From: Pseudomonadota bacterium
GTDB taxonomy: Bacteria; CALINM01
DNA length: 64,000 bases
Assembly (NCBI GenBank): GCA_026418415.1
Contig: JAOABK010000008.1
Span: 4,245 to 68,244 of the forward strand
Reading direction: 5' to 3'
Shown here: positions 39,757-49,443 of the stretch, piece after piece
How the letters are laid out: each line of letters starts with the position of its first letter
How positions within the stretch are numbered: position 1 is the stretch's first letter
The notes under the pieces: model-generated
Database searches by the model: none
Told to the model about the DNA's origin: nothing
The model's input: only the letters and a program-made list of their open reading frames with translations
Position numbers and translations under genes: made by a program

Positions 39757-40422
39757 TTATTTTTTATGACAAACTAAGCAAAGTTGACTGCTCGCATTTG
39801 AACGAACAAGAAAGGGCTTGTAGGTTGGATTATGGGGATCATGGCAGGAGGAACATTCAACATATCCTGAAAAGAGTCTAACATCACTCCAACCTCTAAT
39901 AGAATCTGGTGGTAGATTAAAATCTGGATCCTCACTGGGTTGAGGATATTTCATTGATACTGGATGATCATCTTTTAAATTTGGTCCTATTTTGAGAGCA
40001 TCATGATAAGCGGGACCACCACCAAAATGACATTTAATACAATTTGGTGGATAACTTGGATTTCCTGAACCTGGAGCATTTAATAAACCATGTGCTACAC
40101 TACCAGTTAATCCGGGATTCTGAAAATAATGACAACTAAGACATAACAGCGAAACTAAATTTGGAGGATTTGAAGGAGTAGTATCCATTGTAGGGCTTGA
40201 ATAGGCAACAAAAACTGCTGTAGGATCGCTTGTTAAAAGCCTTTTATTCCACAAGGGGAAATTACCTGCATAATGAGGTGTATGACAGAACACGCATACC
40301 TCAGAACGACCAACTGATGGAGAGCTTAAATCATGTTTAGAACCTAAAAGAGGCCCAACACAAAAAGCATACTTACAATAAAAAAAAACTATAACAATTA
40401 TTATTAATGAAATTTTTTTCAT
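39757..40422 (-). CDS. Secreted pentaheme c-type cytochrome (paired-CXXCH type)
   Basis: Signal peptide. SKHDLS followed by CVFCH, then CLSCH, CIKCH, CSSCH, CLVCH. 221 aa. Confidence 0.8.
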   Translation of the reverse strand: MKKISLIIIVIVFFYCKYAFCVGPLLGSKHDLSSPSVGRSEVCVFCHTPHYAGNFPLWNKRLLTSDPTAVFVAYSSPTMDTTPSNPPNLVSLLCLSCHYFQNPGLTGSVAHGLLNAPGSGNPSYPPNCIKCHFGGGPAYHDALKIGPNLKDDHPVSMKYPQPSEDPDFNLPPDSIRGWSDVRLFSGYVECSSCHDPHNPTYKPFLVRSNASSQLCLVCHKK

Positions 40423-40494
40423 TAATAAAAGTTTCTATAATTATTTAAAGCTTTGTCAACAAAAAAATTTAAAATTTTAAGTACTTAAGATATT

Positions 40495-42897
40495 TTAGCC
40501 CGCGTTTAACAAATCCCCTTTCTCACCGAAGTAAAGCGAAGTTATCTTTGGTATATAGTTATTTGCAAATTCATCACTTACTTTACCAAGCAGACCTTCA
40601 GTTTTATTTTTCATAAATTCCACATAGGATGCATCTCTTACAAGTTCAACAATAGAAAATTCAGGTAATCCCGATTGTCTCGTCCCTAAAAGCTCTCCCG
40701 GCCCTCTCATTTTTAAGTCAAACTCTGCTAATTTAAACCCATCTAAATTATCTCTAAAGAAAATTAGCCTTTCTCTTGCTTTGTTGCTTATCTTTTTGGT
40801 ATCCACAAGAACTATACATATTGACGCCTCACCACCTCTACCGATCCTTCCTCTTAACTGGTGTAATTGAGAAAGTCCAAATCTTTCTCCATGTTCAATT
40901 ATCATAATTGTTGCATTTGGCACATCAACCCCAACTTCTATAACGGTTGTAGATACAAGTATTGAAATTTTATTATCTTTAAATAAACTCATTATCTCTT
41001 CTTTTTCTTCTGGCTTTAATCTTCCATGAAGAAGCCCAACTTTATGGGAGCTAAATTTACCTTTGATAAACTCATACATTTGAGTTGCAGCTTTTAGTTC
41101 TAAAGCATTATCTTCATCTATTACTGGATAAACAATATAAGCCTGTCTCCCCTTTTTAAGTTCCTCATTTAGGATTCCAAAGGCTCTCTCTCTTTGTAAT
41201 TCAGGCAATACTATCGTTTTTATTTCCTTTCTACCAGGAGGAAGTTCATCAATAACTGAAATATCTAAATCACCATGAATTGTCATGGCTAAAGTCCTTG
41301 GTATTGGTGTTGCAGTCATAAATAATGCATGGGGTATTATATCACCCTTTTTTATTAGCCTATTCCTTTGTTCAACACCAAATCTGTGCTGTTCATCAAT
41401 GATCACGAGCCCTAAATTGTTAAAATCTACATTTTCCTGAATAAGAGCATGTGTTCCCACTATAAGTTGATATTTGCCATCTTTTATATCCTTTACTATC
41501 TCTTCTTTTTCTTTCTTCTTTAACGAAGAAGTAAGCAAGCATATTTTTAAATCCGTTTCTGAAACCAGATTTTTAAAATTAATGAAGTGTTGTTCTGCAA
41601 GAATTTCTGTAGGAGCCATTATTGCTACCTGCTTACCCGCCTCTATTACAAGTAAAGAAGATAAAAAGGCAACAATTGTTTTTCCCGACCCCACATCTCC
41701 CTGAAGAAGCCTTTGCATAGGATAGGGTTTCTCTAAATCCTCTTTTATCTCCCTAATAACCCTTTTTTGAGCCTCAGTAAGTTTATAGCCAAATTTCATA
41801 AGGACTTTTCTTGCTAATTCTCCGGAAAAGTTCAATTTCGATGTTTTTGCCTTTTGAACATCTCTTTTTTTTCTTAAAAATAAGGAAAATAAAAGAAAAA
41901 GCTCCTGATATATTAATGTGAGATGGTACGGGCTTCTAAATTTTTCATATTTTTCATAGTTAAAGTCTTCTTTAGGAAAATGGATATGGTAAATAGCATC
42001 CCCCCACTCAAGAAGATTTAATTCTTCTTTCAAGGGCTGTGGTACTAAAGTTTTCAAAATATTTCTTGCCATGCTTGCAACATTAAAAACAAGCTTTCTA
42101 TATAATTTTTCGCTTACCCCATTAGGAAGACCAAAATAAACTGGATGAATGTTAAAAGTTAAATCACTCTCTTTTAACTTATTTTCATCAAACTTTTCGA
42201 TTTCTGGATGATGAATCTCCAAATTGCCTCTAAAAAAATCAACGTTTCCAAAAACAATTATTTCATTGCCCTTCTGAAGCAGATTTTTTATAAAAACAGG
42301 GGGTTTTGTGAACCATTTTAGTGTTATAATCCCCGTCCCGTCTGAAACCCTGACTATCATTCCATTCCCTCTCAAATCAAGAAAGCCCTTTTTACTCCAG
42401 TCGCCCACTTCTATGATTTTTGCTTTAAAATAAGCTTTTATCCCAGGCTTTAATTCCGATATCCTCATCAAGCGTCTTTTGTCAATATATTTATAGGGGA
42501 AAAAAAATAATATATCTCTGTATGTCTTTAGTCCCTTCTCTATTAGCTTCTTTAAAGCCTTTTCTCCAAACCACTTATTATCGGTAATCTCTTTTTGAAG
42601 AAAATCGCCCATGATTTTCAATTCTTCATCCTTAAACTCAAAAAACGGTCCATGGTAAAGAGAAAGTAACCTTAACAAAATATTCCTTTTCTCTTCAAAA
42701 CTTTTTGAATCAATATCCCTAAAGTATTCTTCAAACTTCGTCAACTCCTTATAAATTGATGGTATTTCTACAAATAATTCACATAGGGATTTATAATAAT
42801 TTTCCAGCCCCTTTAAATTATGCACGGTCTTAGGATCATCAACGATTAAATTTATTGGAGCCAATAGGCACTCTAAAAGTTTTTTATTATCAATCAT
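40495..42897 (-). CDS. recG: ATP-dependent DNA helicase RecG (long N-terminal extension)
   Basis: Wedge/OB region, GDVGSGKT Walker A, DEQHRFG, QLHQLRGRIGRG. 800 aa. Confidence 0.93.
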   Translation of the reverse strand: MIDNKKLLECLLAPINLIVDDPKTVHNLKGLENYYKSLCELFVEIPSIYKELTKFEEYFRDIDSKSFEEKRNILLRLLSLYHGPFFEFKDEELKIMGDFLQKEITDNKWFGEKALKKLIEKGLKTYRDILFFFPYKYIDKRRLMRISELKPGIKAYFKAKIIEVGDWSKKGFLDLRGNGMIVRVSDGTGIITLKWFTKPPVFIKNLLQKGNEIIVFGNVDFFRGNLEIHHPEIEKFDENKLKESDLTFNIHPVYFGLPNGVSEKLYRKLVFNVASMARNILKTLVPQPLKEELNLLEWGDAIYHIHFPKEDFNYEKYEKFRSPYHLTLIYQELFLLFSLFLRKKRDVQKAKTSKLNFSGELARKVLMKFGYKLTEAQKRVIREIKEDLEKPYPMQRLLQGDVGSGKTIVAFLSSLLVIEAGKQVAIMAPTEILAEQHFINFKNLVSETDLKICLLTSSLKKKEKEEIVKDIKDGKYQLIVGTHALIQENVDFNNLGLVIIDEQHRFGVEQRNRLIKKGDIIPHALFMTATPIPRTLAMTIHGDLDISVIDELPPGRKEIKTIVLPELQRERAFGILNEELKKGRQAYIVYPVIDEDNALELKAATQMYEFIKGKFSSHKVGLLHGRLKPEEKEEIMSLFKDNKISILVSTTVIEVGVDVPNATIMIIEHGERFGLSQLHQLRGRIGRGGEASICIVLVDTKKISNKARERLIFFRDNLDGFKLAEFDLKMRGPGELLGTRQSGLPEFSIVELVRDASYVEFMKNKTEGLLGKVSDEFANNYIPKITSLYFGEKGDLLNAG

Positions 42898-42997
42898 AAT
42901 GTTTTAATTTATACACGACGCATAGAAATAAAGCAAGTTTAAGAAAAGGCTTTTACAATACTTGCATAACAAAATAACTTATTCTATAGTATATAAC

Positions 42998-43411
42998 ATG
43001 AAATCCTATACAGAATATTTATGGATGAACACTCCAAATAGAAGAGACCTAATAAACATAACTGACAAAGTATCTCAAGCAGTATCAAAATCAAACATAA
43101 AGGAAGGGCTTGCTCTGGTTTCTGCGATGCATATTACTGCAGGAATAATTGTAAACGATGATGAACCGGGATTTCATCGTGATCTATGGAAATGGTTAGA
43201 ACAATTGGCTCCTTATAGAAAAGAGTATGAACATCATAGGACGGGAGAAGATAATGGTGATGCCCATCTAAAAAATATCCTTGTTCACCATCAAGTAGTT
43301 GTACCAATTACCGAAGGGAAGCTTGATTTAGGACCATGGCAAGAGATTTTCTATGCTGAGTTTGATGGATGCAGGAGAAAAAGAATAATTATAAAAATCT
43401 TAGGTGAATAA
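42998..43411 (+). CDS. YjbQ/UPF0047 family protein (secondary thiamine-phosphate synthase)
   Basis: Family pattern I.ITD.V...V......GL..V...HTTA.I..NE..P....D......L.P (here [13 protein letters not shown]). GDAHLK and GPWQ.I motifs. The ATG at 42998 is used because the track start is TTG. Confidence 0.8.
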   Translation: MKSYTEYLWMNTPNRRDLINITDKVSQAVSKSNIKEGLALVSAMHITAGIIVNDDEPGFHRDLWKWLEQLAPYRKEYEHHRTGEDNGDAHLKNILVHHQVVVPITEGKLDLGPWQEIFYAEFDGCRRKRIIIKILGE

Positions 43412-43413
43412 AA

Positions 43414-44394
43414 ATGAGAAAAAAAATTCCCGATGCAGAACTTTCAATACAATTTGATGACCTCGAAGTTTTAAGGGAAGTCATAGGCCATAGAAACACA
43501 CATCTTGCCTTTATAGAAAAATATTTCCCCATAAAAATATATCACAGGGGTAATTTTTTAAAGTTATCTGGAGAAGAGCCAGTTGTAGATACAGTCCACA
43601 AAGTTATTAAAGAAATGATAAAGACAATTGAAAAAGGGAGAGAGCTAACAATCAGAGAGATAGAGTTTTTATGTAAAAATCTTAAAGCAAACGATATAAA
43701 TATTGAAGAGTTAATGGAAGATGTAATATTAATAACACCACGAAGGAAACCTATAACACCTAAAAATCTAACCCAGAAATTATATGTTGATGCTATGAGA
43801 AGAAATGACATCGTTTTTAGTATTGGACCCGCTGGAACTGGAAAAACTTATTTGGCAGTTGCAGTTGGTGTTGCTCATCTTATGAATCAAGATGTACAAA
43901 GGATAATTTTAACAAGACCCGCTGTAGAAGCGGGTGAAAAACTTGGTTTTCTGCCCGGAGGACTTGCTGAAAAGGTTGATCCTTACTTGAGGCCACTTTA
44001 TGACGCCCTTTATGATATGCTTGATTATGAAAAAGTAACAAGATTTATAGAAAAGGGCATAATTGAAATTGCCCCGATTGCATTTATGCGTGGAAGAACT
44101 CTAAATGATTCTTTTATTATCATGGATGAAGCTCAGAATACAACTTCTGATCAGATGAAGATGTTTCTTACAAGATTAGGCTTCAATTCAAAAGCAGTAA
44201 TTACAGGAGATATAACTCAAATAGACCTTCCGAAAGGACAGGTTTCAGGTCTTGTTGAAGTCCAAGATGTTCTCAAAAACATCAAAGGTATTGACTTTGT
44301 TTATTTCACAGAAAAGGATGTAGTTCGCCATCCCTTGGTACAAGACGTAATAAGAGCATATGAAAACTACCTAAAATTACGGGAGGGAAAATGA
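43414..44394 (+). CDS. phoH: PhoH-like ATPase (PhoH/YbeZ)
   Basis: GPAGTGKTYLAVA Walker A, LTRPAVEAGEKLGFLPG, IIMDEAQNTT. Confidence 0.92.
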   Translation: MRKKIPDAELSIQFDDLEVLREVIGHRNTHLAFIEKYFPIKIYHRGNFLKLSGEEPVVDTVHKVIKEMIKTIEKGRELTIREIEFLCKNLKANDINIEELMEDVILITPRRKPITPKNLTQKLYVDAMRRNDIVFSIGPAGTGKTYLAVAVGVAHLMNQDVQRIILTRPAVEAGEKLGFLPGGLAEKVDPYLRPLYDALYDMLDYEKVTRFIEKGIIEIAPIAFMRGRTLNDSFIIMDEAQNTTSDQMKMFLTRLGFNSKAVITGDITQIDLPKGQVSGLVEVQDVLKNIKGIDFVYFTEKDVVRHPLVQDVIRAYENYLKLREGK

Positions 44395-44804
44395 GAAAAT
44401 TATTTTTATTGCTCCTATTTTTTATCTTATGTGGCTTTGGCATATTTCCAGAGGATGAAAATAAACTACCAGATGTGGTACCAAACTATAAAATCCAGAT
44501 CACTGACACAGATGGATACTCCATAGAATTAACAAACGTTTCTATAAACAATTTGCTTTATCTTTCTGGAAAACATAGCAAGGCAGATTTAGTAATCGAT
44601 TTCAAGAATATTGATAAAATTATCTTTAAAAATTTAGATGAGAAAAACCTATCTGCATCAGTTTATATGAAAAATGGTGAGAATATTAGTTTACTGATCA
44701 AGGGCAACTTAAAACTAAAGGGTAAATCAAAATACGGTATCTTCTCTATAGCATTAAAGGATCTGAGAGAACTAAAAATGTTGGGTATAATAAACAAAGA
44801 ATAA
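44391..44804 (+). CDS. Hypothetical exported protein (137 aa)
   Basis: N-terminal hydrophobic signal-like segment MRKLFLLLLFFILCGFG. ATGA overlap with phoH. No family recognised. Confidence 0.4.
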   Translation: MRKLFLLLLFFILCGFGIFPEDENKLPDVVPNYKIQITDTDGYSIELTNVSINNLLYLSGKHSKADLVIDFKNIDKIIFKNLDEKNLSASVYMKNGENISLLIKGNLKLKGKSKYGIFSIALKDLRELKMLGIINKE

Positions 44805-44819
44805 GGGGAATCTATCCCC

Positions 44820-45095
44820 TTATTCATGTCCCTCATAAGCTTTCTTTATGGCTTCCTTTCCAGCCTCAACAGCATCTTTTAATGCTCTTTTCTGCTCACT
44901 AATAAAATCTTTGGTATCATCTACAAGGTCTGAAATTTTTTCCTTCACATCTGATGCTACATCTTTTATCTTATCTCTTGTTTCTTTACCTGACTGAGGG
45001 GCAAAAAGAAGTGCAAGACCTGCTCCCAAAGCAGCACCTGATAAAAATCCTACTAAAAATACACCAAAACTACTCCCCTTATCTTCACAACTCAT
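44820..45095 (-). CDS. YtxH domain-containing protein
   Basis: GFLSGAALGAGLALLFAPQSGKETRDKI is the YtxH signature, followed by a charged helical tail. 91 aa. Confidence 0.7.
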   Translation of the reverse strand: MSCEDKGSSFGVFLVGFLSGAALGAGLALLFAPQSGKETRDKIKDVASDVKEKISDLVDDTKDFISEQKRALKDAVEAGKEAIKKAYEGHE

Positions 45096-45499
45096 TTTTC
45101 TTCCTCCTTTTTTCTAATATTTTTTATATAATTTGCTACAAAAGCAGTTAGCCCCTTTTGAACACCTAATTTTAGTAAAGAAACCTTTCCCGTAGCCATC
45201 TCATACCCTGATTTTATATTAAGGCAAAGATTTTCTATCATTATAGAGGCATCCTTAACCTTTTCAGCAGCAAAAAGAGCAGTTTCCAACCCTTTTTTCC
45301 CAATTTCAGCTGCAGAATTAACAGTGTCAATAGCTTTGTTTGCCTTTTCTATTGTAGGTTTTAACTCTCTTTTAAACTCGTCAATTTGTTTTTGCAAATT
45401 TTCTGTCTCTTTTTTCAAAACTACAAGTATAACTATAAAAATAAATAAAATGATATATATAGCTATAGTCTGAAATATAAGAATCGTTTCCATGCTCAT
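45092..45499 (-). CDS. DUF948-like membrane-anchored coiled-coil protein (YtxG-like)
   Basis: Single N-terminal TM helix followed by coiled-coil. It sits upstream of and overlaps the YtxH gene (ATGA). AAGGAG RBS. Confidence 0.45.
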   Translation of the reverse strand: MSMETILIFQTIAIYIILFIFIVILVVLKKETENLQKQIDEFKRELKPTIEKANKAIDTVNSAAEIGKKGLETALFAAEKVKDASIMIENLCLNIKSGYEMATGKVSLLKLGVQKGLTAFVANYIKNIRKKEEEK

Positions 45500-45519
45500 A
45501 CTTTTCTCCTTTGTATGAA

Positions 45520-46245
45520 TTATACATTATTTTTTTCTTTTTGCAACTTACCCTTATTTGTAAAATAAACCACAACTACACCTATCTCATACAAAACCTG
45601 CATAGGCACCATCATAAGAAGTAGATTAAAAACATCGGGAGTGGGAGTTACTATAGCAGAAACAATCGAATTTATAAGCACAAAAAATCTTCTCTGCTTA
45701 TTTAAGAAATTTGTATTTATTATGCCAATCTTACCTAACATTCCCATTATTAAAGGTAGTTCAAACATTATTCCAAAACCTAAAAGAAAGGTAAAAACGA
45801 AAGATATATATGCCGAAAGAGATATCATGGGTTTTAAATATTCAGTTTGGTATTGAAGTAAGAACTTTATGCCCGATGGTAAAACATATCTATAGCAGAA
45901 GAAACAACCACCATAAAATAGTATGGTCCCTATTAAAACAATACTATAAATATTGCCACCTTTTACATTAGTATGTTTACTTACTACTCTTGTTATCTCA
46001 AAGATTATATAGGGAACTATGATTAATAGGGCAAGTAAAAATGCTACTTTAAGATAGGACATAAAGGCTTCTGGCAAAGAATAGAGAATTAATTTCATGT
46101 TGATTATGTCTTTCAGAATCTTCATTATATCTTCTACAAAAAAAAGCATACCTAAAAAGATAAGACAACAGATAATCATTGTCCTTATTAAGGACTTTCT
46201 AATATCCCTTAAAAGAGCCAATCTACTTTCACTAAAGAGTTCCAT
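45520..46245 (-). CDS. tatC: Twin-arginine translocase subunit TatC
   Basis: N-terminal LALLRDIRKSLIRTMI (HL.ELR.RL-like), six TM segments, 241 aa. No tatA is seen in the window. Confidence 0.7.
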   Translation of the reverse strand: MELFSESRLALLRDIRKSLIRTMIICCLIFLGMLFFVEDIMKILKDIINMKLILYSLPEAFMSYLKVAFLLALLIIVPYIIFEITRVVSKHTNVKGGNIYSIVLIGTILFYGGCFFCYRYVLPSGIKFLLQYQTEYLKPMISLSAYISFVFTFLLGFGIMFELPLIMGMLGKIGIINTNFLNKQRRFFVLINSIVSAIVTPTPDVFNLLLMMVPMQVLYEIGVVVVYFTNKGKLQKEKNNV

Positions 46246-46247
46246 AA

Positions 46248-46715
46248 TCAGTTTTCTAATTCCTTGACAATAACTGGCTTGATGTTTTTACTTTTAAGCA
46301 AGGAGATAATTTTATCCCTTTCCCTTTCGCTTTTTGCAAAAACATAAATTTTATATACACCTTTGCCTGTAATTTTATATTCATGCTTTTCTTTTTTCAA
46401 AAGAGAGACTATTTTATCTACATTTTTTTTATTTTTAAAGGTTCCAACTTTTATAATTGTTGTTTTTTCCTCTTTTTGTATTGTTGGTTGTTTTTTCTCT
46501 TCATGAATAGTTGTATAGGCATTTTGAATAGCAATATTATTATTTTCTTGATTATTTTTCTGTTGAACTTCTAATTTTGGTTCCTCTGTTAACATGTTTT
46601 GTCTTAAATTTTTTATCTCCTGAATTAGAATGAATATTAGAAGCATAAGACTTCCTAAACTTATTATGAAAAAGAAAAAACCTTTAAAATCAAAATCCCT
46701 CTTTTTTAGTTTCAT
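46248..46715 (-). CDS. Membrane-anchored SPOR-like domain protein
   Basis: One TM helix, a Q/N/E/K-rich linker, and a C-terminal beta-alpha-beta-beta repeat (IKVGTFKNKKNVDKIVSLLKK...YKIYVFAKSERERDKII) resembling SPOR. The ATG at 46715 overlaps the argS stop by 1 nt. Confidence 0.4.
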   Translation of the reverse strand: MKLKKRDFDFKGFFFFIISLGSLMLLIFILIQEIKNLRQNMLTEEPKLEVQQKNNQENNNIAIQNAYTTIHEEKKQPTIQKEEKTTIIKVGTFKNKKNVDKIVSLLKKEKHEYKITGKGVYKIYVFAKSERERDKIISLLKSKNIKPVIVKELEN

Positions 46716-48355
46716 CACATTCTCTCTGGAGTTTCAATTCCCAAAAGATATAAACCCTTTTTTATTAGTTTTTGTAATAAAAATAGTAAACTGAGTCTGC
46801 AATTAGTAAGTTCTATATCGTTACCATTTATAAACCTGTGGGCATTGTAATAACTATGAAATAATTGAGCTAAATTTATTAAGTAATAGGTTAAAAGATG
46901 GGGTTCTAAAAAGAACTCAACATCAAAAAGCACATCAGGGAACGCAAGAATCTGCTTTATTAACTCCCTCTCTTCCTCAAGGGTTAATCTATTAAAACTT
47001 AATTTCGCTGGAATCTTGATACCCCTTTCTTCTGCTACTTTAAATACGCTATTAATTCTTGCGTACATATATTGAACATAAAATACTGGATTGTCACTGG
47101 TTTTCTGTTTTACTAATTCAATATCAAAATCAAGGGGACTATCATGTTTTCTTGTGAGAAAAGTAAATCGCATTGGTTCTTTCCCTACTTCATCAAGGAC
47201 CTCACGAAGTGTTACAAAATCACCGGTTCTTTTTGACATCGTTACTGGTTTTCCATCTCTAAATAAACTTACCATTTGAACCATCAAGATTTTTAGTTTA
47301 CTTTCATCATATCCAAGAGCTTTTATAGCAGACTTTACCCTTGGCACATAGCCATGATGATCTGCCCCCCAAATGTTAATATATATATCATAATCCCTTT
47401 CAAATTTTAATTTATGGTAGGCAACGTCAGAGGCAAAATAGGTTTTTTCACCATTCTCTTTTACCATAACTCTATCTTTATCATCCAAGAAATCAGTGCT
47501 TTTAAACCATAAGGCGCCATCCTTTTCATAGATCAATCCTTTGTTCCTCATCACCTTTATACATTCATTAACATAGCCCCTTTCAAAGAGTTCTAATTCA
47601 GACTGGAAATTGTCAAAATTAACACCAAAATCTTCTAAATCCTTTTTTATCCATCCCAAAACTAAATTTTTACCAAATCTGCTTGCTTCATTTATAAAAT
47701 ATTCCGAAATATCAAGATTATCATATTTTTTCATGAATTCACGAGCAATATCGGTTATATACTCACCCATATAACAATCTTTTGTATACTCAACATTCTC
47801 TCCCTTTAGCTCCTTAGCCCTTAGTATTATTGACAATCCTAAGTTTTTAATCTGTGAACCTGCATCATTTATGTAAAACTCTTGATGTATCTCATGTCCC
47901 AGTTCCTTAAGAATATTTGAAAGGGAAGAGCCAATGCAGGCCCCCCTACCGTGTCCTACATGTAAAGGACCGGTAGGGTTTGCACTAACGTATTCAATAA
48001 AAATCCTCTTTTTATTTTCTGATTTTGGTGATAAAAAGTAATCAAAATTTTCGGACCTATCCTCTAAGATTTTTCTTACCATAGAATCATTGAGGAAAAA
48101 ATTTATAAACCCGGGCCCTGCAATTTCTATTTTCGAAAACAGATCGTTTTTAAACTCACTTACAATTAAAGTAGCAATTTCACGAGGATTCTTTTTCATA
48201 GATTTTGAGAGCACAAGGGCTATATTGGTAGAAAAATCCCCGAACTCCTTCTTCTTTGGAACCTCAATCTCGAAAAAATCTGGCGCTTGAACAGGGAGTG
48301 ATGAGTTTAATTCATCTAATCGTTTCAACAGAATATCTTTTATAATCTTTTTCAC
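46715..48355 (-). CDS. argS: Arginyl-tRNA synthetase
   Basis: SANPTGPLHVGHGR (HIGH region), MSKRTG, and a DALR anticodon-binding C-terminus ending ...ETPERM. GTG start with GGGAGGA RBS. Confidence 0.95.
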   Translation of the reverse strand: MKKIIKDILLKRLDELNSSLPVQAPDFFEIEVPKKKEFGDFSTNIALVLSKSMKKNPREIATLIVSEFKNDLFSKIEIAGPGFINFFLNDSMVRKILEDRSENFDYFLSPKSENKKRIFIEYVSANPTGPLHVGHGRGACIGSSLSNILKELGHEIHQEFYINDAGSQIKNLGLSIILRAKELKGENVEYTKDCYMGEYITDIAREFMKKYDNLDISEYFINEASRFGKNLVLGWIKKDLEDFGVNFDNFQSELELFERGYVNECIKVMRNKGLIYEKDGALWFKSTDFLDDKDRVMVKENGEKTYFASDVAYHKLKFERDYDIYINIWGADHHGYVPRVKSAIKALGYDESKLKILMVQMVSLFRDGKPVTMSKRTGDFVTLREVLDEVGKEPMRFTFLTRKHDSPLDFDIELVKQKTSDNPVFYVQYMYARINSVFKVAEERGIKIPAKLSFNRLTLEEERELIKQILAFPDVLFDVEFFLEPHLLTYYLINLAQLFHSYYNAHRFINGNDIELTNCRLSLLFLLQKLIKKGLYLLGIETPERM

Positions 48356-48369
48356 ACTTCCTCCCTAAT

Positions 48370-49443
48370 TTAAAAGGGCCTAAAATCCATATCTGGTTTA
48401 AGTGCAAGGACAGTATGCTTTAGCAAATTAATTGTATTTTCTAAATCTTTTTCAGAGAGTAGTTCTACTGGAGTATGCATATATCTTAAAGGAACACTAA
48501 CTACCGCTGTTGCAACTCCACCACGGGTAAGTTGCATTACATTTGCGTCTGTACCAGTCCCCCTTGGCGCACCATCGATTTGATAGGGTATTTTATTTTT
48601 CTTTGCGGAGTTAATAATAATATCAAAAAGTTTAGGATTTATATTAGGTCCCCGAGAAATTATAGGACCTTTATCTAATTTTGCTTCCCCCACAATCTTT
48701 GGCTCAACAGAAGGAAAATCAGTGGCAAAGCCAACATCAACTGCAATGCCAACCTTTGGTTTTATATTATATGCAGAGACAGTTGCTCCTCTTAAACCAA
48801 TTTCTTCCTGAACTGTAGCAACACAATAAAGATTCATTGATAACTTATTTCTCTCAGATGAAACAACTCTTAGTAATTCTGCCACACAAAATGCACCCAT
48901 CCTATCATCAAAGCCTCTCCCAACCAACCTGCCATTGAGCAGTCTTTCAAAACCAAAATCCACAGTTATTGGATCTCCAATGGATACATACTTTTCAGTT
49001 TCCTTTTTGTCCTTAGCTCCTATGTCTATAAAAAGCTCTTTCAACTTTGGCACTATATCCCTTTCTTTTGCGTCCATAAGATGTATAGGTTTTTGTCCAA
49101 TCACACCCTTTATCTTACCTTTTGCTGTATGGATTACTACTCTTAACCCCATTAGAAGCCTAATATCGACTCCTCCTATAGCTGTAAAATATATAAAGCC
49201 TTTATCATCAATGTATTTTACCATTAACCCAATTTCATCAATATGCCCGGTAATCATAATGTTTGCATCTGTTGAACGCTCTGCATGTATAACACCTATT
49301 ACATTACCCAAAGTGTCAACATAAACCTCATCACAATACTCATCGACATAATCTTTAAAAAGTTTTGAAGCATTATCCTCAAAGCCTGAAGGGCTTGGTA
49401 ATGAAATTAAATTTTCAAAGAACCTCAATGACTCCTTTCTCAT
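48370..49443 (-). CDS. M42 family aminopeptidase (FrvX/endoglucanase-like)
   Basis: PSPSGFE near the N-terminus, GHIDEIG, RGFDDRMG, QEEIGLRGA. 357 aa. Confidence 0.85.
   Translation of the reverse strand: MRKESLRFFENLISLPSPSGFEDNASKLFKDYVDEYCDEVYVDTLGNVIGVIHAERSTDANIMITGHIDEIGLMVKYIDDKGFIYFTAIGGVDIRLLMGLRVVIHTAKGKIKGVIGQKPIHLMDAKERDIVPKLKELFIDIGAKDKKETEKYVSIGDPITVDFGFERLLNGRLVGRGFDDRMGAFCVAELLRVVSSERNKLSMNLYCVATVQEEIGLRGATVSAYNIKPKVGIAVDVGFATDFPSVEPKIVGEAKLDKGPIISRGPNINPKLFDIIINSAKKNKIPYQIDGAPRGTGTDANVMQLTRGGVATAVVSVPLRYMHTPVELLSEKDLENTINLLKHTVLALKPDMDFRPF

Noticed and set aside
40477-40488. The palindrome TTAAGTACTTAA between the recG stop and the cytochrome start.
   Set aside because: It is entirely AT-rich apart from the central GTAC, too weak to act as a terminator stem, and a single occurrence. 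It is plausibly chance in this base composition.
44820-45095. The small membrane protein downstream of tatC as a possible TatA/TatB.
   Set aside because: The sequence carries the YtxH signature (LFAPQSGKETR) rather than the TatA hinge and amphipathic helix (FG..KLP..G). It is also separated from tatC by a DUF948-like gene.
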